Shown here one piece after another: positions 10,143 to 17,448 of a stretch of 18,792 bases of DNA. Below the pieces are notes generated by a model. That model saw only the letters and a program-made list of their open reading frames with translations, was not told the DNA's origin and ran no database searches. Made by a program: the position numbers and the translations under genes. Within the stretch, counting starts at the first letter, position 1. Every line of letters starts with the position of its first letter. This stretch comes from Polyangiaceae bacterium (GTDB lineage: Bacteria > Myxococcota_A > Polyangia > Polyangiales > Polyangiaceae), in the NCBI GenBank assembly GCA_044222475.1, contig JBGANF010000145.1, positions 1 through 18,792 on the forward strand. Reading direction: 5' to 3'.

Positions 10143-11226
10143 CGGGATCCAGCTCGCGCTACTCGGCCTCGCTGCATGCAACGTCGACGTCCGGCTGGGC
10201 GCGCTCCCGCTCTCGGGCGACGCGGCGCCGATCGACGGCAACGTCGGCGATGCCGGCGGCGACGTGACGACGAGCGACGGCGGTTGCGGAGACACGACGA
10301 GCTCGTCGTTGAACTGCGGGCGCTGCGGTCACTCCTGCCTCGGCGCGCCCTGCAACGGCGGGCTCTGCGACTCGACGGTGCTCGCGTCCGGCCTGTCGCG
10401 TCCGGACTGGCTCACCCTCGACGCCACGAACGTGTACTTTACATGCAACGGCAAGAGCGGCCTCGTCGGCCAGGAGAACGACGTCGACAAGGTCGACAAG
10501 CAGGGGAACGGCTTCCTCACGTTGCGCAAAGAGGTGGGCATCCCCGCGGGCATCGTGGTCGACGCGACCGACGTCTTCTTCACCGCGAAGGGAGCGGCGA
10601 GCTCGGAATCGATGATTCGCAAGGTCGCCAAAGGGGGGAGCACGGTCACGCCGGTCGCGAACGCGCCTCTCGGCGACGCGACCGGGCTCGCGATCGACGG
10701 CAACGAGCTCTTCTGGGCGGGCAACACGGTCGTCCGGCGCGCGATGACGTACGACAACACCACGTTCGGTACCGACTGGCTCACCGGGATCGCAGCCGCT
10801 CAAGGCGTCGCCGTGAGCCCGACCCGGCTCTACGTCACGAGCGGTGGTTCGCCCAACTTCAGCGTCGTCGATCGCGCGACGAAGGCGATCGTCAATCAAG
10901 TCACGCTCGCAGGCACGACGTTCGACGTGTTCGTCGCCGGGAACGACGTCTACGTCGCGAGCGGAGTCGCGGCGTACCAGACCGACCTCGGCGGTCAGGT
11001 CGTGCAGACGCTCGACTCCGGCTTCATCGGTGGGCTCGCCATCGTCGCCGACGCCGAGCGGGTGTACTGGTCGACCGACGTCGGGATCCGCGCGCGGCGG
11101 CGCGACCTCCAAGGCGGCGTCGAGACGGTCGCCACCTTCAACGACGTCGGTCACCTCGCGATCGACGCGAGCTACCTCTACTTCACCCGCCACTTCGCCG
11201 GTGAAGTTCGCAAGGTAGCTCGCTGA
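10132..11226 (+). CDS. Lipoprotein with a six-Cys module and a beta-propeller domain
   Basis: Lipobox LAA|C; GCGDTTSSSLNCGRCGHSCLGAPCNGGLC; blade repeats LTLDATNVYFT, IVVDATDVFFT, LAIDGNELFWA, VAVSPTRLYVT, VFVAGNDVYVA, IVADAERVYWS, LAIDASYLYFT (seven). Start overlaps the anti-sigma 3' end by 11 bp. Confidence 0.87.
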   Translation: MRPSGIQLALLGLAACNVDVRLGALPLSGDAAPIDGNVGDAGGDVTTSDGGCGDTTSSSLNCGRCGHSCLGAPCNGGLCDSTVLASGLSRPDWLTLDATNVYFTCNGKSGLVGQENDVDKVDKQGNGFLTLRKEVGIPAGIVVDATDVFFTAKGAASSESMIRKVAKGGSTVTPVANAPLGDATGLAIDGNELFWAGNTVVRRAMTYDNTTFGTDWLTGIAAAQGVAVSPTRLYVTSGGSPNFSVVDRATKAIVNQVTLAGTTFDVFVAGNDVYVASGVAAYQTDLGGQVVQTLDSGFIGGLAIVADAERVYWSTDVGIRARRRDLQGGVETVATFNDVGHLAIDASYLYFTRHFAGEVRKVAR

Positions 11227-11239
11227 TCGCGCGCGATGC

Positions 11240-12292
11240 TCAGGGGCACGGGTTCGCGGTGAGCTTGTGGCCGGCGGTGTCGACCGAGGCTCCGTTGTTC
11301 GACGACTTGTTGACGTCGTCACCGGTGCCGTTGCCGATCTGCGGCGGCGTGTGATCCCAGAAATTGCCCTTGGCCGCGAGCACGCCGTTCGTCTGCACCG
11401 TCCAGAAGTCCTGCGTGGCGTTGCAGCTCAGCACGTTGTTCCCCAGGCTTCCCTGCGCGCCGCCGCCGAAGTCGGCGTTCGGGATGACGTCGACCTCGAT
11501 GCCGTACTGGTTGTTCGTGATCGAGTTGCCCTCGACCTTGCTCCCGACGCCGCCGAGGATCATCGCGAGACCGACGCCGCTGTTCTTGTAGATGTCGTTG
11601 CCGGTGATCACGTAGTCCTTGCCGCCAGTCCCGACGTAGATGGCGGCGTTCGCGGTGCAGTGATCGATGGTGTCGTTGCGCAGCGTGACTCCCGCGGCGG
11701 TGAGCAGGATCGGCACTCGGAACGCCTGACCGACGAACCCGACCGAGACGCCGGCGAGCGTGGAGTTGGCGCCTGGGTTGATCATGCCCTGGATCGGCGC
11801 GGTGTTCCCCGACAGCGTGCCCTCGATGCGGACCACCGCGTTCTGGGTCATACCCTTGCCCTTCTCGTCGCCGATGACCGTGACGGTCGCGGGGATGTTC
11901 ATCGGGAAGGTCTCGCCGTTGACCTTGTCGTCGTAGAGGCCCGGCTTGAGGTTGATGCAGCCGGGCGACGACACGAGCTTGATCGCGTACGTCAGCGTCT
12001 TGACCGGCGCGAGATCGGTCCCGGCGTTTGCGTCGTTTCCGTTCTTGGCGTCCACCACCACGCACTTCGGGCCAGCGTCGATCGGTGCCACGTCCGCTTG
12101 AGCGTCCGGCGCCGAGTCCGGGCTTCCGGAGTCGACCGCAGGAGTGTCTGGCGCTGCGTCGGGGATCACGGCCACGTCGCTGCCTACGTCCGAGCCGGCT
12201 TCGGTGGGTGGCACGACGACGGCGTCGCCGTCGGAGCAAGCGAGCATGGGAAGAAACACGAGCGAAGTCAGAGAAACGCGTCGAATCGTCAT
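11240..12292 (-). CDS. Lipoprotein with DUF1565-like segment and right-handed beta-helix (pectin-lyase-like fold)
   Basis: ATG 12292 with SD GGAGG; lipobox MLA|C; D-rich tether; VVVDAKNGNDANAGTDLAPVKTLTYAI...INLKPGLY...GETFPMNIP; repeats LRNDTIDH, ITGNDIYKN, VEGNSITNNQYGI; ADFGGG...GNNVLSCN...AKGNFWD. Confidence 0.87.
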   Translation of the reverse strand: MTIRRVSLTSLVFLPMLACSDGDAVVVPPTEAGSDVGSDVAVIPDAAPDTPAVDSGSPDSAPDAQADVAPIDAGPKCVVVDAKNGNDANAGTDLAPVKTLTYAIKLVSSPGCINLKPGLYDDKVNGETFPMNIPATVTVIGDEKGKGMTQNAVVRIEGTLSGNTAPIQGMINPGANSTLAGVSVGFVGQAFRVPILLTAAGVTLRNDTIDHCTANAAIYVGTGGKDYVITGNDIYKNSGVGLAMILGGVGSKVEGNSITNNQYGIEVDVIPNADFGGGAQGSLGNNVLSCNATQDFWTVQTNGVLAAKGNFWDHTPPQIGNGTGDDVNKSSNNGASVDTAGHKLTANPCP

Positions 12293-12309
12293 CAAGGCCT
12301 CCGAGAGCC

Positions 12310-12342
12310 AATCGGCGAGGAGGGGATGGACCGATCACGAAA
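12310..12342 (-). promoter_or_regulatory. Putative ECF sigma promoter, copy C
   Basis: Minus strand: TTT-cg-TGATCG(12337-12332)-N16-CCGATT(12315-12310), upstream of the SD and ATG 12292. Confidence 0.65.
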
Positions 12343-12364
12343 TGATTCGAACCGACGGTGGTCG

Positions 12365-12398
12365 TTTTTCTGATCGCACGGGCGTCGAGCGTCCATCA
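12365..12398 (+). promoter_or_regulatory. Putative ECF sigma promoter, copy B
   Basis: TTTTT-c-TGATCG(12371-12376)-N16-CCATCA(12393-12398); ATG 12407 follows 30 nt after TGATCG, as in copy A; shares GGTCGTTTT-N2-TGATCG with copy A. Confidence 0.62.
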
Positions 12399-12406
12399 GT
12401 GACCTG

Positions 12407-12979
12407 ATGCGCTGGTACGACTTCGCTCCGGCTCTCCTTCTCTTCTCCTGCGTCGGAGACGCGCCGATAGCCGTCGTTCCCCCCGATGCGGCCGAGGTCG
12501 ACGCCGCCGGCGACGCAAAAGCGCTGGACGGCGGCGCAGCCGACGCGCCCGCCGATGCGCCGAAGGAGACCGAGGGGCCGTGCATCGACGGCGGGCCGGT
12601 CGTGGTCAACGGGGCCTCCGGCGTTCAATGCGAGGCGGACGGCGGGAGCGCGTTCTGCTCCAAGGGGTTGTCGTCCTGCTGCGTGGGATCGGGAAAGTAC
12701 CAGTGCGCGCTTCACGGGAACTGCGGCACCCAGCTCGAGTACGCGTGCGATCAGTCCTCCGACTGCAAGGACGCCGGCGTCTGCTGCCTGAAAGCGCCCA
12801 ACGAGTCAGCGGCGTGCGGCGGGCGGATCCTGAGCTCTCAGGGCAGCTATTGCGCGCCCACGTGTCCGACGTCGGACATCAAGCTCTGCGGAGGGTCGCA
12901 GAGCGAGTGCTTCAACAAGACCTGCCGCATGCTCCAACTCACGAACACGCCGGGGAAGCGCGTGAGCGGCTGTTTGTGA
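12407..12979 (+). CDS. Cys-rich lipoprotein (18-Cys domain), paralog 1
   Basis: Signal MRWYDFAPALLLFS|C; DAA/DGG/DAP tether; 18 Cys in the mature domain, all aligning with the next gene; ends PGKRVSGCL. Confidence 0.85.
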   Translation: MRWYDFAPALLLFSCVGDAPIAVVPPDAAEVDAAGDAKALDGGAADAPADAPKETEGPCIDGGPVVVNGASGVQCEADGGSAFCSKGLSSCCVGSGKYQCALHGNCGTQLEYACDQSSDCKDAGVCCLKAPNESAACGGRILSSQGSYCAPTCPTSDIKLCGGSQSECFNKTCRMLQLTNTPGKRVSGCL

Positions 12980-13007
12980 CGACACGACGACGAGAGGAAT
13001 GATCGAC

Positions 13008-13613
13008 ATGAATCGAATGCGATGGGTTTGCGGCGCCATGGTCGGGGTGGGGTTGATCGGCGGTGCCGTCGCCTGCAGCAGTGATCCGGTCGTCCAACCG
13101 GGCGTCGACGCGGGGCCCGACGTGACCGTCACCGACACGGGCACGGACTCGCCGATCGTGAAGGATGGGGGCGCGGACGCCGCCGCGGAGGCAGCCCCGC
13201 CGTGCCCAGATGCGAGCGCTGGCGTCGCGGTCGGAGGGGGCAGCAACGGCGTGCAGTGTGACTCCGACGGCGGCGCGCTGTTCTGCGCCAAGTCGCTCTC
13301 GGTGTGTTGCTCGGGAGCCAACGGGCTCAAGTGCAACTCGAAGGCTGCCGGGTGCGGCGCCAACGCGACGACGTTCGAGTGCGACAAGCCGAGCGACTGC
13401 ACCGACGGTGGTGTGTGTTGCATCAAGAACTTCAAGGCCGTGCAAGGCTGTCCGACCGAGCTCACCACGACGCAAGGCACCTACTGCGCGACGGCGTGCA
13501 CCGGCTCCGACATCAAGACGTGCAACGGCGATCAGACGGCGTGCTTCAACTCGAAGTGCACGACGCTCCACGTGCAGGACGCGCCCGGGAAGGCGCTCAG
13601 CGGCTGCCTCTGA
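13008..13613 (+). CDS. Cys-rich lipoprotein (18-Cys domain), paralog 2
   Basis: SD GAGAGGA is best spaced to ATG 13008 (track start 12999 abuts the SD); lipobox AVA|C; 18 Cys; ends PGKALSGCL. Confidence 0.87.
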   Translation: MNRMRWVCGAMVGVGLIGGAVACSSDPVVQPGVDAGPDVTVTDTGTDSPIVKDGGADAAAEAAPPCPDASAGVAVGGGSNGVQCDSDGGALFCAKSLSVCCSGANGLKCNSKAAGCGANATTFECDKPSDCTDGGVCCIKNFKAVQGCPTELTTTQGTYCATACTGSDIKTCNGDQTACFNSKCTTLHVQDAPGKALSGCL

Positions 13614-13684
13614 CGAAGACGCTTTTCTGAAATTTCGGGACGGGTCCGACGAACTGGTCTCGCCGCACGCGGTGACACGACGAT

Positions 13685-13701
13685 GACCTCACGGTGAGGT
13701 C
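13685..13701. promoter_or_regulatory. Perfect 17-bp palindrome, operator-like
   Basis: GACCTCAC-G-GTGAGGTC in the intergenic region, 45 bp upstream of the small lipoprotein start. Confidence 0.45.
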
Positions 13702-13746
13702 TCGGAGAAAGTGCGCCTGCAGACTGCGTGCATGGAGACCACGAAC

Positions 13747-13995
13747 ATGACCTCGAAGCTCGTCTGCGCCCTTTTCCTCGGCCTCTTCGCCAGCGGTTGC
13801 GCCATCTCGTCGAAGGCCAACGACTGGAGCGGCGGGGGCATGCCCAACGTCGTCATCGCCGGTCACGACGGATCGAGCGAGCGCGGCCCCGCCGTCGCCG
13901 AGCGCGCTCCCGTCGTGCGGGACGACGATCGCGACGTCGAGGGTCGTCGCCCGCCGCCCCTGCATGAAGCGTTGGTGTGCGCGCGATGCCGCTGA
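13747..13995 (+). CDS. Small putative lipoprotein (82 aa) with a C-terminal CxxC
   Basis: SD GGAG, signal MTSKLVCALFLGLFASG|C, hydrophilic body, C-terminus LHEALVCARCR; fits the gap between neighbouring genes. Confidence 0.6.
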   Translation: MTSKLVCALFLGLFASGCAISSKANDWSGGGMPNVVIAGHDGSSERGPAVAERAPVVRDDDRDVEGRRPPPLHEALVCARCR

Positions 13996-14049
13996 GCCGA
14001 GGCCGATCTCGTCAGCGCGACGGCGCGTAGCTCGGGTACCATCGCGGCG

Positions 14050-15066
14050 ATGCACTCCCGGCTCTCCGCGATCCTCTTCCTCGCTCTGATGGTCAGCCTC
14101 CTCGGCTGCCCCAAGAGCGCACCCAAGGACTCCACCGGTGACGGCGGCGCAACGACCGCGCGACTCCGGATCGCCGTCATCCCCAAGGGCACCACCCACG
14201 AGTTCTGGAAGAGCGTGCACGCCGGCGCGGTGAAGGCCGCGCGCGAGGCCGACGTCGACATCGTGTGGAAGGGTCCGCTCAAGGAGGACGACCTCAAGCA
14301 ACAGATCGACGTCGTCTCGACGTTCGTCGCCGAAGGCGTGAACGGCATCGTGCTCGCGCCTCTCAACGACGCGGCCCTCCGCGCGCCGGTGAGGGCCGCC
14401 AAGGACGCGAAGATCCCGACCGTGATCTTCGACTCCGACCTGCAAGGCGACGACCACGTGAGCTTCGTCGCGACCGACAACGTCGCCGCCGGGAAGATCG
14501 CCGGCGACGAGATGGTGCGGCTCCTCGGCGGCAAGGGGAACGTCGTCGTCCTCCGGTATCAGGAAGGCTCGGCGTCCACCGCGAACCGAGAGAAGGGCTT
14601 CCTGGACGCGGTGAAGGCCAGCGCGGACATCAAGGTCGCGAGCGAGAACCAGTACGGCGGCGCCACGACCGAAACCGCGTTCCAGAAGGGCGAGAACCTG
14701 CTCCTCACGCAGAAGGCCGAGAGCGGCGGCGTCTCCGGCGTGTTCACGCCGAACGAGTCGACGACGCTCGGCATGCTCCTCGCGATGGACAAGACCCACA
14801 CGACGAAGAAGATGAAGTTCATCGGCTTCGATGCGTCCGACAAGCTCGTCGCCGCGCTCACCGCGGGCGACATCGACGGGCTCGTCGTCCAGAACCCGTT
14901 CAACATGGGCTACCTCGCGGTGAAGACGATGGCCGCGCATCTGCGGGGAACGCCCGCTCCGAAGCGGATCGACACGGGGGCGCGCCTCGTCACGAAGGCG
15001 AACCTGGAGGATCCCGCGGTGAAGGAGGCGATTCACCCGGACCTCGCCAAGTGGCTCAGCGAGTGA
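14050..15066 (+). CDS. Sugar ABC transporter substrate-binding lipoprotein (RbsB-like, CUT2)
   Basis: Lipobox LLG|C; IAVIPKGTTHEFWKSVHAGA, GIVLAP, IPTVIFDS, FVATDNVAAG, REKGF, FIGFD, LVVQNPFNMGY, IDTG. Confidence 0.93.
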   Translation: MHSRLSAILFLALMVSLLGCPKSAPKDSTGDGGATTARLRIAVIPKGTTHEFWKSVHAGAVKAAREADVDIVWKGPLKEDDLKQQIDVVSTFVAEGVNGIVLAPLNDAALRAPVRAAKDAKIPTVIFDSDLQGDDHVSFVATDNVAAGKIAGDEMVRLLGGKGNVVVLRYQEGSASTANREKGFLDAVKASADIKVASENQYGGATTETAFQKGENLLLTQKAESGGVSGVFTPNESTTLGMLLAMDKTHTTKKMKFIGFDASDKLVAALTAGDIDGLVVQNPFNMGYLAVKTMAAHLRGTPAPKRIDTGARLVTKANLEDPAVKEAIHPDLAKWLSE

Positions 15067-15070
15067 GCGC

Positions 15071-16528
15071 GTGACCGCGAGCCTCGAAATCCGCGCGATC
15101 GAGAAATCGTTCGGCAGCGTCGAGGTCCTTCGCGGCGTCAGCTTCTCGGTGGAGCGCGGTCACGTGCACGCGCTCCTCGGCGAGAACGGCGCCGGGAAGA
15201 GCACGCTGATGAAGATCCTCGTCGGGCTCGAGCGCGCGGATCGTGGCGAGGTTCGCGCGTCGGGCGCGGCGTACGTGCCGGGCATCCGCGGGCCGAACGA
15301 CGCTCGGCGCGCGGGCGTGGTGATGGTGCCGCAGGAGCGCACCCTCTGTCCGCACCTCTCCGTGCTCGAGAACATCGTGCTCGGCGTCGAGCCCACGCGC
15401 TTCGGGGCGATCCACCGCGCCCGCGCCGAGGCCACCGCGAAGGACGCGCTCGCGCTCGTCGTCGGAGACGCGTCGCGCATCGCGCTCGATGCACGCGCCG
15501 GAGACCTCAGCGTCGCCGATCAGCAGCTCGTCGAGATCGCGCGCGCGCTCGCGTCGAAGTCCCCATCGCTCTTGATCCTCGACGAGCCGACCTCGAGCCT
15601 CGGAAAGGAGGACGCCGACCGGCTCTTCGAGCGCGTTCACGCGCTCGCGGCGTCGGGCGTGTCGGTGCTCCTCGTGACGCACTTCTTGGTCGATGTGCGC
15701 GCGCACGCGGATCGCTACACCGTCCTGCGCGACGGTCAGGTCGCCGGTGAGGGCGACCCGAAGTCGACTCCGCCCGAGCAGATCGTCCACGAGATGCTCG
15801 CGCGCGATCTCGAGCGCATCGTGAAGCCCGCCGCGCGGCCCGAGCGAGCACCCGGCGAAGTGCTCCTGTCGGTCACGGATCTCGAGGGCCGAGCGAAGCC
15901 TCGCCGCGCGACGTTCGAGCTTCGCCGCGGAGAGATCCTCGGCATCGCCGGTCTCGTCGGATCGGGGCGAACGGAGCTCTTGCGCGCGGTGCTCGGTCTG
16001 GACCGACGACGTTCGGGCAACGTCGTGATGAGGGGCGCGCGTGGCATCGGCCTGCTCAGCGAAGACCGCGGCGCGGAGGGCCTCATGCTCGCGAGGTCCA
16101 TCGCCGACAACGTGACGCTGTCGCCACGAGGTGCGGTCGTCGTGTGGCCCTCTCGGTCGCGCGCGACGGCGGCGTCGTGGATCCGAGAGCTCGGCATTCG
16201 CTCGAACGGTCCCGAGCAGCTCGCTGGCGAGCTCTCTGGCGGCAACCAGCAAAAGGTGCAGATTGCACGCATTCTCGAGGAGGACTTCGACGTCCTCTTG
16301 TGCGACGAGCCGACGCGCGGGATCGACGTCGCAGCCAAGGCGCAGATCCTCGCGCTCTTCACCGAGCTCGCGGCGAAAGGCAAGGGCCTGGTCCTCGTGT
16401 CGAGCCAGCTCGACGAGCTGCTCTCGGTCTGTGATCGCATCGCCGTCCTCCGCGGTGGCGAGCTGGGGAGCCCGCGCGCCGCGTCCGAGTGGAATGAAGA
16501 GACTCTCTTGCTGGAGGCGGCGTCGTGA
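15071..16528 (+). CDS. Sugar ABC transporter ATP-binding protein with two fused ABC domains (RbsA/MglA-like)
   Basis: GENGAGKSTL, LILDEPT, second domain GLVGSGRTE, SEDR, LSGGNQQK, LCDEPTRGIDV, CDRIAVL. Confidence 0.95.
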   Translation: MTASLEIRAIEKSFGSVEVLRGVSFSVERGHVHALLGENGAGKSTLMKILVGLERADRGEVRASGAAYVPGIRGPNDARRAGVVMVPQERTLCPHLSVLENIVLGVEPTRFGAIHRARAEATAKDALALVVGDASRIALDARAGDLSVADQQLVEIARALASKSPSLLILDEPTSSLGKEDADRLFERVHALAASGVSVLLVTHFLVDVRAHADRYTVLRDGQVAGEGDPKSTPPEQIVHEMLARDLERIVKPAARPERAPGEVLLSVTDLEGRAKPRRATFELRRGEILGIAGLVGSGRTELLRAVLGLDRRRSGNVVMRGARGIGLLSEDRGAEGLMLARSIADNVTLSPRGAVVVWPSRSRATAASWIRELGIRSNGPEQLAGELSGGNQQKVQIARILEEDFDVLLCDEPTRGIDVAAKAQILALFTELAAKGKGLVLVSSQLDELLSVCDRIAVLRGGELGSPRAASEWNEETLLLEAAS

Positions 16529-17448
16529 AGCGCCCGACCTGGCTGGGGCCGTTGGTGGCGCTGGTCGCCGTCTACGTCGTGTTCGCTGCGTTGTCGCCCG
16601 AGATGTTCCTGCGGCCGCAGATCATGCTCACGATGGCGCGACAGACCGTCGTCGTCGCCATCTGCTCGCTCGGCATGACGATGATCATCGTCACCGGTGG
16701 GATCGACCTGTCCACCGGCTCGCTCGTGGCGCTGGTCACCGTCATCCTCGCGAAGCGCCTCCACGACGGCTCGGGTCCGGTCGCGGCCGTGCTCGTCGCG
16801 CTCGCCGTGTCGACCGCGGTGGGCGCCGTGGTCGGCGTGCTCGTCGGACGCATGAAGCTCTTGCCGTTCATCGCGACGCTCGGCTCGATGTCGATCCTGC
16901 GCGGCTCGGCGAAGGGCCTCGCGAAGGAGCAGATGATCACGTGCGACTCGCGCGGCCTGGAGAAGCTCCTTTCGGGCTCGCTCACGTCGCCGGGACTGTT
17001 CATCGCGGTCGCGCTCGCGCTCGCAGTAGCCGCGATGCTGCGCTACACGCGCTTCGGGCGACACGTCTTCGCGGTGGGCTCCAACGAAGCGGCCGCGCGC
17101 CTCGTGGGCATCGACACGGGGCGCGTGAAGATCGCGGTCTATGCGCTCGCGGGGCTGCTCGTGGGCATCGCCGGGGTGATGGAGTTCTCGACGCTGACGG
17201 TCGGCGATCCGACCGACGCGATCGGGCTCGAGCTCGAGGTGATCGCCGCGGTCGTCATCGGAGGCGCGTCGCTGACGGGAGGCGAGGGGAGCATCGCCGG
17301 CGCCGTGATGGGCGCGCTGCTGATGACCGTGATCAAGATGGGAGCGACGAGCCGCGGCATGCCGAACTGGGTTCAGGAGATCGCGACCGGCCTCATCATC
17401 GTGATCGCGGTCGCGTTGGACCGAAGGCGACGCGCGCGTGGACGGTGA
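16525..17448 (+). CDS. Sugar ABC transporter permease (RbsC-like)
   Basis: GMTMIIVTGGIDLSTGS, PFIATLG, TRFGRHVFAVGSNEAAARLVGI, ELEVIAAVVIGGASLTGGEGS; GTGA overlap with the ATPase gene. Confidence 0.95.
   Translation: MKRPTWLGPLVALVAVYVVFAALSPEMFLRPQIMLTMARQTVVVAICSLGMTMIIVTGGIDLSTGSLVALVTVILAKRLHDGSGPVAAVLVALAVSTAVGAVVGVLVGRMKLLPFIATLGSMSILRGSAKGLAKEQMITCDSRGLEKLLSGSLTSPGLFIAVALALAVAAMLRYTRFGRHVFAVGSNEAAARLVGIDTGRVKIAVYALAGLLVGIAGVMEFSTLTVGDPTDAIGLELEVIAAVVIGGASLTGGEGSIAGAVMGALLMTVIKMGATSRGMPNWVQEIATGLIIVIAVALDRRRRARGR

Noticed and set aside
11224..11251. Other TGATCG hexamers (11224 between convergent genes, 5406 in the MAPEG 3' end, 13000 near the paralog 2 start)
   Set aside because: They lack the upstream T-tract and the CC..T block at 15-16 bp; the hexamer alone is common in this DNA.
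12981..13683. 10-mer GACACGACGA downstream of both Cys-rich paralogs (12981 and 13674)
   Set aside because: Low-complexity GAC/ACG sequence that also occurs in coding DNA at 10291; could be a duplication remnant but cannot be told from chance.
14050..17448. Naming the ABC system rbsB/rbsA/rbsC
   Set aside because: The CUT2 family is clear, but no ribokinase, rbsD or other catabolic gene is in view to fix the substrate.
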